Shown: positions 1 through 11,476 of the stretch, one piece after another
How the letters are laid out: every line of letters begins with the position of its first letter
How positions within the stretch are numbered: position 1 is the stretch's first letter
NCBI GenBank assembly: GCA_010093745.1
Contig: MU005965.1
Span: 1-64,000 of the forward strand
DNA length: 64,000 nt
Reading direction: 5' to 3'
Origin: Piedraia hortae CBS 480.64
Taxonomy: Eukaryota
Position numbers and translations under genes: made by a program
Notes under the pieces: generated by a model
The model's input: only the letters and a program-made list of their open reading frames with translations
Databases searched by the model: none
What the model was told of the DNA's origin: nothing

Positions 1-34
1 AATAATGCGCGTAATATACCGCATATTCACAACA
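1..34 (-). mobile_element. End of a family-D solo LTR (truncated by window edge), abutting or nested in a family-C element
   Basis: aataatgcgcgtaatataccgcatattcacaaca is identical to the end of the copy at 26617-26740. Confidence 0.8.
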
Positions 35-71
35 CGTTGTTCATGGTCATCACGTGACACACCCTTCAACT
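35..71 (-). mobile_element. Partial family-C short LTR-like element
   Basis: Reverse complement agttgaagggtgtgtcacgtgatgaccatgaacaac matches the starts of 11358-11476 and 28618-28736. Confidence 0.75.
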
Positions 72-648
72 ATAGTTGACATAACTACTGCCTGGATCCT
101 TGTCAAATGTCTCGGAAATTCATGAGTTGAACAGGCTGCTGCCAGAGAGAGTGGAGATGAGTTTGTATGGATTGCTGGTCGCGGCTGCGGAGGCTTGCGA
201 GGCAAGGAAGCCGAGGGCTGCTACGAGGGCGAACATTTTTGTACTGCTGCGAGAGGCATTTCCTCGTTTATACAGACGGTTATTAGCCTGCCATTTTGGT
301 ACAGCAGTTCCCGATTCAGATGTGGATCAGGTTGGTGGCTTTTGGATAGGAACGCCATGCAAAGCTGAGTGCCAGAGCCTCTAAGCGAGGTCTTTTGCCT
401 TTGTTGATTGGTGAAGCCACCACAATTCTTATTTAAAAGGTGCTTGATGCCTTTAACCAATTGGTTAGATTAAAGGACTGGAGTTGCTTAAGTGACAGCC
501 ACTTGCCACAGCCTAATGGTACCTATTTGAGATAGCTCTTCCTTGTTAATTGGTCAACCTTAACACAGTCGTCCGTACTTCTCGTAACTTGGCATATTGC
601 GTGATGCACAAGTCTCATCCAGAGCAATGTACCAAATGCATCACATAA

Positions 649-1632
649 TCACACAACCAGCTCTTCCACCTCCATTCCGCAACCGACACAAGTCTTCTTC
701 AGCATTCCCGTCTCAGTATCCTCCACTTCCCTACCCCATTCATGGACATGCTTCACCTCTCCGATCGTATCCCCAAACTCGCCTCCCCCACCCTTTCTCG
801 CACGTTTATACGCTTCAACTCTGGTTCTCCGTTTCAAATCTTGCAATTTGTTCCTGAATTTCTTCTCCTTTCGCTCCTTCTTCTCTGCAGTCCTCCTCTC
901 AAACTCCTTGTCGAGTTCCTCCTCCCCACCCCACTTCTCAAATGCATACTCCTCAACCTGATATCTCACAAACAGCAGCATATCATTCCAAGTACTCTTA
1001 TGCGGATTTGTCTTGGTCAATCTTCTCAGCAGACTCTCATCCTTCAACTCCGGCTCCGTTAGCAAATAATCCTCCTTTGCCTCCGTCTTCGTAAGGAGAC
1101 TGTACTTCTCCGGAAACTTATCCTTACAGCTATTACAAACCTGCGTCTTGAACACCTCATCCCACTCCCAATCAATCTCTAGCCCCCTACACTCTCGACA
1201 GCGTTTCTCCTCCTCTTGTTTACCCAAGACACTTAGACCCGGCTCGTAAGGACCTGAGCGCGAAGCCTTTAGCTTCCGCTGTAGCTGCGTCTTCTCCCAC
1301 TCTGCCATGCTCACCCCGGGAGGTTTCTGCGCGATGCTTGCGCCGTGCATGGCTTTGTTATAAGGGTCGTCATCGCTAGCGAGGAAACCGCCCTTAGTGT
1401 CTGTGAGACGACTGAAGTCGTATTCGATAAATGAACGAAATTTCTTCGCAGCACGAGGCGCCGTCGTATGTGTGCCGCTTGCGTCCCTCCTGTTGCTGGG
1501 TTGTCCTTCAATGCTGGAGTGCGCACGCTTCGTTCCACTCGGCTGCGATGTTTCGCGCAGCGATTTGGCTTTTAGCCGCACTTCTTCCATGCGGCGCACC
1601 TCTTCGGCTGTCATGCTTGGTTGGTCCGGCAT
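649..1632 (-). CDS. RAD14: DNA damage recognition protein Rad14/XPA, intronless
   Basis: FIEYDFSRLTDTKGGFL, C4 zinc finger (CREC...CNSC), KYSLLTKTEAKEDYLL, NPHKSTWNDMLLF, C-terminal HVHEW...CVGCGM. Confidence 0.97.
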   Translation of the reverse strand: MPDQPSMTAEEVRRMEEVRLKAKSLRETSQPSGTKRAHSSIEGQPSNRRDASGTHTTAPRAAKKFRSFIEYDFSRLTDTKGGFLASDDDPYNKAMHGASIAQKPPGVSMAEWEKTQLQRKLKASRSGPYEPGLSVLGKQEEEKRCRECRGLEIDWEWDEVFKTQVCNSCKDKFPEKYSLLTKTEAKEDYLLTEPELKDESLLRRLTKTNPHKSTWNDMLLFVRYQVEEYAFEKWGGEEELDKEFERRTAEKKERKEKKFRNKLQDLKRRTRVEAYKRARKGGGGEFGDTIGEVKHVHEWGREVEDTETGMLKKTCVGCGMEVEELVV

Positions 1633-2499
1633 GTTTGAATTGTGGCCGCATGTTGGACTTCTTTGATTGAGTGCTGGGTTTGGATGACGTCATTTGCCAG
1701 ACGCTCTCAGGGTCTTAGGGTTTGTTCAGTGCCACCGAATTCTCTAAGCTTGGCACGTTCAGTGCACATGTCGAATATTCTAGGCGGATTCCCTCCAACT
1801 TTTTCCGCAACTCTACCACAGGGCAGAGTATACAGTGGAATATAAGTACCAAGTCCCTGCTGAAGTACGTTACCGGCTACCTAAAGTGGCCGGGTTGGGC
1901 CCTCAAGAGACCGATGGGGCGTACATCAGAGAAAACCGGGCCAATATGGAACACTGATTTGCTCGAGACGCACCAGTCAAGGCAATTCATGTAAACGCGT
2001 GTGTATCCTCGGTCTAACGCTTCGCAACCTTTACACGTTCAAGCAAGTGGAAGGCCACCTGCGAAAGACAAAGTAGTCGAATATATGCCCTATCTTCGGC
2101 GGATCGGCATGGGAAGAAAACTGTTCTTGATGAAGTCAGAACGGCGAGGTTTATCGCATGCACTACCGAACATGCGGTTCATTTGCAACTTCCAGTGCCG
2201 CGCAGGTACATTGACATCAAGTTACCTAAGGATTTGGGTGCGACAGTAGAACCTCTGCCTTTGTCTACTTCAGCTACGGAGGCCCTATCACGGCCCTCAC
2301 TGCTTTTGGTCGGGTTACGGTGAACGTACTTCATCAACGTCTACATCCGAAGGTCGGAGAAGGCGCAAGTAACGACAAAGTTGAGAGGCGTCGCAAGATC
2401 TGTGACTGGAATGCACTCATGACAGATAGGGAGAAGCGTGATATCAAGGCTCTATTGTCTCACAGTTATGAACTTGGTAGCTGGACCCACCAAAGCAAG

Positions 2500-3470
2500 A
2501 ACAACTGGCTTCGGCCGCCGCAATCTGGACGCGCTGGCCTGCCAGTTTATAGCCAGCAGTTATAATCTTTAACCTTGCGGAGAATGAAGGCTCTCAGGCC
2601 ATTCTCTCCGAGTATCGGCAAATAGACACTACGCTGGCGGCTCTAGAAACTTATGCGACCAACACCGAAGCCACGCATGATCGGGCGGTAACGGCAATCG
2701 CGAAGAAGATGAGGGAGGTCCTTGGCAGCATTCCTCTCACCCTTGACACCTGGACGAGTCCAAACCAGAAGTCAGTATTGGGTATAACTACCCACTGGAT
2801 CACCGAGGACTGGGCCCTCGTCGACATGGTCCTGTCTGCCAAAATGCTTAACGACTTACAAAGTGGGCCCAACATGGCGCAGGCAGTGGAGTCTATCCTG
2901 GATGGATTTGGCATTCGTGGCAAGGTGCAGACAATTACCACCGACAACGCCAAAATTACTGTAACGACACAATGTCCGACGAACTGATCGACTCTTTGCC
3001 TCAGTTCGACTATCATCAATACATCCTGTGCCTTGTACAAATCTTTAGTCTGGCCGTACGGGCTGGGTTGAAGCAGCTGAACGTCAAAGAGGCGATTTCA
3101 GACGAGGAAGCGTTTCGAGAGGCGGCACCAACGCTTAGGATAGTACTTCGGCTGCATGATGTTCAAGCTGGACGAGTATAGGGACAAAATTGGGTCGAAG
3201 ATGTCGCTTTACTCTGCCATGATGCTGGATCTGAGGTTCCGATTCCGCCACAGCCGCGTGGGCCAGTTGTTTCGCCAATCAATTTGCCAAGTACCAACAG
3301 ATTCAGGAATTACATTTTGACGGCAGGAACATCAGAAAATATTCCGCACGTTTCCGACTGTGGCGGTGGGCATCAGAATGTGGCGTTAAATTTGGTATCA
3401 AGATGGCAATATACTGATTCATTATCCCAATGTCTCACCAACTTCGCCTCAGACTTCGACAAATGATAAA
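2500..3470 (+). mobile_element. Decayed hAT-family DNA transposase fragment (boundaries approximate)
   Basis: LTLDTWTSPNQKSVLGITTHWI and ITTDNA motifs, then a CxxH-like HILC-LVQIFSLAV region after a frameshift; several stops. Confidence 0.85.
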
Positions 3471-3629
3471 AGTGCTCAGTGAGTGCTTGGATTACCGCGC
3501 AGCTCTGACCAAACTCGTAGCTGTTGCAAGTTTTATCTTCCGAGCTTTCCATAGCCTCACTGTCTTAAGAGAAAGCTAATCATGTCACATGCCAATCCTG
3601 TTTCTCTTCTACATCGCGACTTCACTAAG

Positions 3630-5197
3630 TCCACGAGTCCAAATATGATATGTTGGTCGTCGACTTCAAAGACAGCACCAACATATTATGTTCGGGATGA
3701 GGCATGCAGGCCAATTGTAAGAGGATCGAACATGTGCTGAGAAATTGCTTCGAACGGGCGAAGGAGTGGGGACGCAATTTGTCCTCAAACAGAAGTCGAA
3801 GCAGCACAATCTTACCCTGACAAGGCTCGTAGCAGACGCCTTGGACGCGCGAGATGACAGAGGCGCTCATTACGCACCTCGTGCAAGTCAAGAGACAAAG
3901 CAAGAATGCACAGAGCGGATTCAAGGAAACCTTTGCCCACATAGCAGGCTTAGTGGGATGTAGCCCCGTCAAATCAAAAGTCATTGTGCACGAAGAAGTC
4001 CATGAGAAACATATGGACCAATCTGATGATGGACAGAGAGATCGGCACAAGTTGCTGAGATAGTCTGCATGGGACAGAATGAACGCAGGATGCCCGACAA
4101 CGACGGCGGAGAATCTGCGCTCCTATCACAAGCATGATAAGGACGCCTAAAAGTTCAGGGAGAAGCCCATGGACTTCCAAAAGGAGATTGCCTTCCTGGT
4201 GAACGGAGTCGTTGCCACCGACATAGACGCCGTACAGCCACCCCGTCCTGAGCCCATTGTGGAGTCGTCTACAAACCTGGCGAATGGCCATCAAGATATG
4301 TCCAACTGCGAGGAAATGCCATTGGATGTATCCGAGGAAGGACTTGTGGAGATCGCTGCGTCTGCTGGCGGGAAAAGGGCGGCTCCCATGGAATCTTAGG
4401 CCAACAAGCGTCGGAGGTTCAACGCTGACGCCACGTTGAACGAGCCTGTCACCGATATTTCGACCAGGCTTGCAAGGTTCAACAGAACGCTTGAAACTCC
4501 TGCACGGATGATTCCGTGGACCTTGCATATGAAGGACTCTGACAAATTCGACTATTACACCAAGAACGTGAAGATTACGTACCCAGATAATGGGTCCAGT
4601 GTGAGCATGGTCATCCCCGGTGTTGTGCTTCACTGCGACACATTCAACCATTTCGGGAAGACGGGTGCCTACATTGGCATACCGAAACAATTGACCGATA
4701 TGTTGACAAATAAATTCATCGCTGTTCGTCAGCATGCGGTCATAGATTATCCCACTGTAGCATCGGACGACCGCTATTGGTGGGCTAAGCAAGGTTTCGG
4801 TGCTGCAGAGGCGGAGAAGGAATACGTCTATGTGGTTGATGAGGACAATGGCGAAATTGTAGAAGATGCATTTCCGTCGTTTCCAGAACTCTTCAACACA
4901 GTAGGTGTGACCTGTGCGCTCAAGATGAGAGCTAAATTGTCGGTTGCCAAGAAAGGTGCCTTCACCGCGGAGGATGAGTTGCGCATGGGCATTAGTGTCA
5001 GTCGTGCCAATATAACGGACATAGTGGACGTTGACAAACCGCTCTCAGGGCTCATCCAGCACAGTATTGCTGGGACTAAGGACAAAGCCAGTGCCTTATT
5101 ACAGGAGTCAAAACCTCAGCACCTCTATACTCGACACTCGTTAGAAAAGGAAATCAGTCCATTGAGATTTTGTGTTCGAGACAGTATGAAGCAATAG
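3630..5197 (+). pseudogene. Orphan pseudogene, about 450 codons or more, no family recognised
   Basis: ORFs at 3854, 4169 and 4436 share one frame, broken only by TAG 4061, TAA 4148 and TAG 4397. Bipartite NLS-like KRAAPMES*ANKRRR. Upstream extension probably frameshifted. Confidence 0.65.
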
Positions 5198-5376
5198 AGC
5201 ATGCTGCGAGGGTTCCACTGACAAAGAGTACACAATCTATTACGGGAGCACATGTGACCACTGCGAGGGAGGTGATTTCTGTTATGACATTAGACTGATG
5301 TGCTAATTTCATTGTGATCAGAGAATCATGTACGTTGTATTTGAATAGTTTCTCTATGTCATGTATCTCAGCAATG

Positions 5377-5795
5377 TCATTCCATTTTCTCGCCTGTTTT
5401 TGGATGCTTCACCAGTGTTGCTAGAGACATATTCTGATAGGCATGTCTCCTAGTCTTGTCAAGATAGACCAAGATATCTACATTGTATACACCCTCAATA
5501 TTGATATAGAAGTCATGTGATAGAGACGATCCAGAGCCCACCCTCATTGGGATGTAAGCACTGTCGTATGTGGGATCTGCATGGAAAGCTAGCCTTACAT
5601 TACCGAATCTAAATTTATTGAAACCCACCAGCCACTGTGGGGCACGAGACTTAACATACTCCATAAACTGAGACACAGATGCACGGATTCTGCACACACG
5701 ACCAGTGGAACTCCTTGGAAGTGTGAAGGATGAATTAATTGAGCATCGCTGTGGCGCTGTTGCATTTCAGGGATGTTGTTGTTTTGATGCTGCAT
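5377..5795 (-). pseudogene. Possible second orphan gene fragment, convergent on the previous one
   Basis: Globular-looking 106-aa frame (MEYVKSRAPQWLVGFNKFRFG...) overlapping an upstream ATG ORF in another frame. Confidence 0.3.
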
Positions 5796-6459
5796 TCCAG
5801 AGTTGTGCCTTAAGTGTTGTTTGTTCTCTCGTTCTAGATACGATCACTAATCATCCGCTCTCGACACTGCACCCTCGGTTCTCTCCATCACTCCCTTTCT
5901 ATGAATTTGGCCGACTTTTAACGGAAATTAAGTCTTGACTATAAACGAGAACAAAGTTTTGGAAGAACCGGACCTAAGGTGTGACCTTGTCTAACACAAT
6001 TTTCACCCCTCTGCCAACTTTTATGTTGCAGTTAGTGCCAAGATGGATGCCACCAGTGTGCTCCAATAGTTTGTTGGAAGATAGTTGTTGCGTAGCGTAA
6101 TCGTTCTGGAAATTGACTTCTTACAAAATTATCTTTTCTGATTTTCAGCGAGCTTATATACAATTTGCTTCTTTGTTCAAGCAATTTCAAATATTACTCC
6201 ATTGCCCCAGTCTTCTTTATTATGCTCTTTGAGTATTTTGCTATACAGGAATTTTCATTGTATAGTCTTTGTTATCAGGCCAAGGTATAGCACCGATACT
6301 TCTCAATAACATGGTTGGTATCACGGATAAGTTATGATATATAACAGCTGCAAAAACCTTGGCTGTAGGTACGACTTGAACCCAATACATCTCACCTCAC
6401 TCTTCGATCAGAGATCCTGAGCTCGCTTCGATCAATAGTTCTGTCTTCCTGACCAGCAA

Positions 6460-6900
6460 CAGCCCCGGGATATCTTCGCCTTCACGGGCGAAAATAAAGT
6501 AGAAGATGGCAAGACAGTATACGGCTTCATTGTCTACCAGGAAGGCCACAGAGTCGTAACCGGAGTGAAACCTCTAGGTGCGCAATGCGAAATATATGAC
6601 GCAGGGGCAGAGAGCACATTGGTCGCCTTACACGCCATAATGAACCGTGCCTGTACACATCTGGCCGGCAATGCCTACGTTCCTCAATCCTCTATCATGC
6701 CGGGAAAATACGCGCGCTCGCTCGAATTTCTATCGACAATCAAGCAGCGGCTGGCTTCCTTGGGGCCTGACGAGGCCCTTCGATGCCCATGAAACTTCAA
6801 TCTTAGAATTCCATGAACTCACAAAGAGATGGCCGTCACGCGAGAGGATGGCATTTTATCCATTCGCATCGCACGCGCAACGCACGAGAGGCCTCTGCAT
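6460..6900 (+). mobile_element. Non-LTR retrotransposon (Tad1-like LINE) RNase H remnant
   Basis: DIFAFTGENKVEDGKTVYGFIVYQEG...LGAQCEIYDAGAE resembles a decayed FTDGSK...GYGFVVY...EVYDAEA LINE RNase H. Confidence 0.7.
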
Positions 6901-7041
6901 GCATGCTGGGCCTAAGTCCTACCAAGACATTGCGATCGGTATCTCAACCAAGAGGGAAAAGAAGCTGCAGTCAAAGAGGGTTGGCTAGAGGCCAAATGGC
7001 CTTCCGAAATTTTAATCCCGGAAGCGGGGAACTCTAAAAAC

Positions 7042-7412
7042 TGTAGCGATAGTACTCTCGTGGATGACAGTGCGCAGCGGCACGAACTAGAAGGACTTAG
7101 CGATAGACGGAGATCGAACGACAGAAACAGGAAATGTGCAGGTGGGTGGAAGTCAATACCCGTGTCGATATGACAGTGTGAATGACTATCTATCTCTACA
7201 AAGGGACATCAGATAAATATTTTGTACCGGCGGGCCGGTGACATCACGTCGTACACTAGCAGGGTGCATTCGCCATGTCACATATGACATGGCTCTGAGG
7301 GAAAACCTCTGTGAGGGAAAAACCTAGGGCGCAGCCGGTAGTGTAGGAGGTATCGCTGACTTGCTATGCAAGTGTCCCGCATACGCGCTAGCGGCGATGC
7401 TTGAATCGAACA
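7042..7412. mobile_element. Solo LTR, family B copy 1
   Basis: TG...CA ends, 5-bp TSD aaaac on both sides, homologous along its length to 10855-11206. Confidence 0.85.
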
Positions 7413-7960
7413 AAAACAAAGTCACCTTTGACAAGAGTTGTCGCCTTGCTCGTGCGGACGAGGAGCCTGAGACACATGCAAATCAGTCTTCAAACCGCTA
7501 TGGTCCCCTATCACTAGTCGTCCAACGGTGGGGAGTGTTGAGTACTGTCGAAATATGAACCAAGTGGATCTGCCCGAGTCTATAGACTAGACAATATATA
7601 CTAACTTATTTCATGACTATGTGTTCTGATTCTTGGGACACTGTGTAGTAGCCTGGCTATTCTCGTCATCCGACAATGAGGAGTGTGGGGGATTTCCGAA
7701 CGACAAACCATGTGGGTTTAGCCGAGTCTATTGACTTAACAATGAATACCGACTCACTCCCTAATTGTGTGCCCCGACACAATTAATAGTACACCTCATT
7801 GTCAGTCCAACAAAGCGTTGAAATCCAACCAATAAAGCATTGTTTCTTAGTTCACAATTGCCCGACCCAATAACCCATTCTCCATCCCCGAAACAGTCCA
7901 CGGGCGATGTGCATATAAGCTCTCTCCCACTTTCCCTTCTCCCACCCAGAAAACACAAAC

Positions 7961-8401
7961 ATGACTCCCACCACGAACAAAATTTCTTCACGCCTCACTC
8001 AGGTTCGCACAACCCTCACCTGCGCAGTTGCAGAGCTTTACAACCTCACGCAACGCTACACCAACCTGACTGGGAAAGTTAAAAACACGGTCAAGGTAAT
8101 ACTGTTCCTCCGCTCAATCAGGGCCGCACTGGACATTGCTGAGGCACGTTTGCATCATGGAGAGACGCAGATCACGTGGCAGATTGTTATCTTGCAGATT
8201 GTGTGGTTGAGACATGAGGGGTTAGCAGAATGGTTTCAAGATCTGAAAATGGAGGTTGAGTCCTTCGAGACTAAGGGGAATATCGAGGCGGATGTTTTGG
8301 GCGACATGTTGGGAGGTTTGGCGTTGGAGAGTGGGGAGGAGGAGTGCCTTCAATTGATGGGGGAGTTGAAATTTGAGGATGTTGGTTTACTTTATGGATA
8401 A
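7961..8401 (+). CDS. Lineage-specific small helical protein (146 aa), probable paralog of 8881-9291
   Basis: ATG after a pyrimidine/CA-rich leader; N-terminus MTxT..L..xTTL..A..E...L..R(Y/F) shared with the next ORF. Confidence 0.5.
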   Translation: MTPTTNKISSRLTQVRTTLTCAVAELYNLTQRYTNLTGKVKNTVKVILFLRSIRAALDIAEARLHHGETQITWQIVILQIVWLRHEGLAEWFQDLKMEVESFETKGNIEADVLGDMLGGLALESGEEECLQLMGELKFEDVGLLYG

Positions 8402-8880
8402 GCGTACTATTTTCTCCCAATTTTCTGGAGGAGTGGGTGGTAGTCCCATATCTTGTAGTGGGTCGTGCTTGATAAGCTTATTCGTCATAGGGTTTGGAAT
8501 TATAGGTCCGTTCTTCAAGATTGTGACTGCATAGAAATGTACACAGAAACCTCTTCCTTCACACAACCGCCGCATTATCCGCTGGCCATGGATTCCAAGC
8601 CTAGCCTAGGGATCATAGCGACACACTTAACCAGGCTAATGCAACAAAGCCTTGTTGTCTCTTGTACTTACAAGACATGCCGCTCCCAAACAAAGCAAGT
8701 CTACAGTATCGCCCAGCACAATGACACAACCCCTTCCCAATAAGGCAGGTCCACACTATTGTCCAGCAACAGTGATCTAGCCAACGTATTGTTCCCACTG
8801 TTATCCCACATTGTTCCAATCCCTAATAAAACGTCCATTAGCCATGCACCATCCAATCCAAACCTTGAATCATATTCCCA

Positions 8881-9291
8881 ATGACCCTCACGTACGAACA
8901 ATTCCCTTTCCAACTCATCGGGCTTCAAACAACACTTGCTCACGCCCGCAACGAAGTCAATTCCCTCAAAGAACGGTTCGAGCAAGCTGCATCATCCATT
9001 ACGTCCATACCCATTCCACAGCTCGCGTATGAAGAGTTTTTGGAGTGTCCTTCCCGGTTCGAGGATCTTTTCGAATCGGTGCAGAGTGCAGTTTGCAAGG
9101 TTGAGAGCGCTCTTAAGAATGGCAATCTGAGCGTCGCGGGTCATACGTGTTTGTTGTTCATTCACATCTTAAGAATGAATCTTGTGGCTCCAGGAAACAG
9201 ACAGAATGCTTCGACAAGCCTACGTGGCATTCATCCAGCTATTGCTTATTTACCTAATGTCTTATACGTAGAGACCCGACAGCTCCTGTGA
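8881..9291 (+). CDS. Lineage-specific small helical protein or pseudogene, probable paralog of 7961-8401
   Basis: MTLTYEQFPFQLIGLQTTLAHARNEVNSLKERF aligns without gaps to the previous ORF N-terminus. Confidence 0.4.
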   Translation: MTLTYEQFPFQLIGLQTTLAHARNEVNSLKERFEQAASSITSIPIPQLAYEEFLECPSRFEDLFESVQSAVCKVESALKNGNLSVAGHTCLLFIHILRMNLVAPGNRQNASTSLRGIHPAIAYLPNVLYVETRQLL

Positions 9292-9963
9292 TGGGCAAAG
9301 TCTAATGCGGCTCGTATGGGTATCCGGAAGCTTTCCCTATTGACTCCCGAAATATATATTGAGGGGCAATTCAATGCAAATTATACGAACCATTTCACTG
9401 GCTCAATCCTTTATGTTCTTGATATGCTGTCGTCTACATCGCTGTTGACGGAAAAGATTTTCGAAGGATGCAGATTATGCTCCCGATCAGTCTGGACGAG
9501 GCTAGGCGTAATCCGGACGTCGGCCCTCATGCAACTACGCCGAATGATCGACAAAACTGTTTCAGCTCAAAGGTCACCCAGCTCGCTGTGAGGCTGCGCA
9601 ATATGCGTGTTGTTATGAGCCAGTGGACCAGTGCGGAATATATAAACATTTTTTGTCACGCTTTGACCGGCCCGCCCCGACCCGAAACAGAACCGGAAGC
9701 TACACGCTTTTTTTGAAGCTCTTTCTACAACGCAGTTACAGGCATCACCGAAGAAATGTCCACACCAGCCACGGGTAGTGGTGAATTCACAGTCCTTGCG
9801 CTTCGGTAGCGCTTTTACTACTCACGTTCTGACTGGACACAGATCTCATGACATATCGCCTAAGCAACCTTCCTTCGTCGCCTTCTTCGGTTCTACTCAT
9901 ACGCCATCTGCCGCCTCTTTCGTCGCAATTTCAACCGAGTCCTCTCAGGACTCCGTACCATCG

Positions 9964-10268
9964 TGTCAAAAGGATGTGGCACCCACCATGACCAGAACTA
10001 TAGATAGAAGTCGAAACTTCTCAGGGTTTTTACCTCTTTAGAGGAAGTTTCCCCTGAGACGGGTCATTGTCTCGTTCATGCTTAAGGGCATAGTTCGCTG
10101 ACGTTGTCCTGGCAAATGCGGTTAGACTGAGGTAGTGTGGGGGAGATGCTGAACCTCACCTCATAGAGATAGACATCTACATTTCACATTTTTCAGTAAA
10201 AGATGAGTGAAAACTTTTGTCGTTGAAATCCACTCCGCTCTAGTCCTCGGAGGTTCACCCCTCCGACA
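9964..10268. mobile_element. Solo LTR, family A copy 1 (opposite orientation to copies 2 and 3)
   Basis: tgtcaaaagg...ctccgaca ends; TSD catcg/cattg; homologous to 27663-27966 and 30832-31133. Confidence 0.88.
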
Positions 10269-10854
10269 CATTGTCTTGTGGGCCTGTTATCTTCGGTCTG
10301 AGCCCAATAAGTGACGGTGATGGTGCGTATATTGTACCACTTTTCCTTCGCCTGCCATCACTAGCGTTCTTACAGCAACGAAAATCCCAACAACCTTGTC
10401 TGGCCTCATCAGGAATGGCGAAGACTTTCTGTAGCGGGTGAGACAGGCCTTGACAGATGTACCGGGCTGTGCAGTGGGGCATTGTTGCCTTTTTTCCATG
10501 CCGGCTGCGTGTATTGTATGGGAAAAGGCCTACCATGACGGAACAGGTCATGTGGACCGCTGAACACGAATGTGTGTGCTGTTTGGTGCGTAGCGTTATG
10601 TGCGCAATGAAAAACAGAGAGTAAGAGTGAGAACACCGTGGAATACAGTTCTAATCTTAGTGGATTAGTTTTACAGGGGCCTCTAGGATACATAAGGGAA
10701 CTGGAGATAGATCCTGCATTTCACCGGCATGATCGGCGCTGCAGTGAAAAAAATCCTCCCATGACATCCTGCAGGTCTTTCCCAACGAATCAGGACCGCG
10801 ACGTTGCCTATTTTGCCACGATACAAGTGTGATCGTGATCAATAGGGAAAACTC

Positions 10855-11206
10855 TGTAGCGATTGGACTCCCGTGGGCGAGGGTGCGCAGCGGCCCGAAG
10901 AGAACGAAGCGATAGACGGAAACAGGGGCAGGACAGATGTAGATGTATATGCGTCAATACCAGTGTCGATATGACAAGTGTGGATGACTATCTATCTCAA
11001 TGAGGGGACGTTCAGAATAAAAATTCTGCACCGGTGGGCCGGTGACGTCACGTCGTGCACTAGCAGGGCGCATTCGCCATGTCACATATAACATGGCCCT
11101 GAGGGGAAACCTCTGTGAGGGAAGAACCTAGGGTGCAGCTGGTAGTGTAGGAGGTATCGCTGACTTGCTATGCAAGTGCCCCGTATACGCGCTAGCGGCG
11201 CCAACA
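10855..11206. mobile_element. Solo LTR, family B copy 2
   Basis: tgtagcgat...aaca ends, perfect TSD aactc. Confidence 0.88.
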
Positions 11207-11357
11207 AACTCCAAATGGAAAACCTAGGGAGCTCCTGCGATGCATGCCACGTGTTCATAGCAACTAGGCTTCATGATAACAAGCGCTACGTGTATGGATA
11301 CCCCAACGGCCATTTCAGTAGTGTGCCTGATTTTGCAAACCACCTACGGTGGCTAGT

Positions 11358-11476
11358 AGTTGAAGGATGTGTCACGTGATGACCATGAACAACGCCCCCT
11401 CATGTATGAAGTATATATAACCATACAATTATTCACATCTCGGTGTACTCAAACCATCAGCTCGTCCCCTTCAATT
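11358..11476. mobile_element. 119-bp LTR-like element, family C, non-canonical AGTT...AATT ends
   Basis: Terminal inverted repeat agttgaagg/ccttcaatt, perfect TSD ctagt, internal tatatataa; second full copy at 28618. Confidence 0.85.

Noticed and set aside
3974..4792. Long antisense ORFs (also 52881-53831, 57632-58264, 59760-60494, 31731-32339)
   Set aside because: Shadows of coding sequence on the opposite strand with no recognisable motifs.
6015..6029. Short exact match gccaacttttatgtt shared with about 39088-39102
   Set aside because: Too short, with no further flanking similarity or TSD.
10005..10062. Resemblance of the LTR motif to the 5' end of U3 snoRNA (ctttcaggg...agagaagtttctctgaacg)
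   Set aside because: Box A (GGATCATTTCT) and boxes C'/B/C/D are absent, and the copies lie inside TSD-flanked LTRs.
10020..10121. Calling the motif a canonical HDV, hammerhead or hairpin ribozyme
   Set aside because: No consistent P2 partner for the 3' tail or UYCnCG-type L3; no CUGANGA/GAAA core; hairpin loop-B adenines and loop A are missing.
7042..11206. Family-B copies as the two LTRs of one element (likewise family A at 27663-31133)
   Set aside because: Each copy has its own separate TSD and there is no gag-pol between them.
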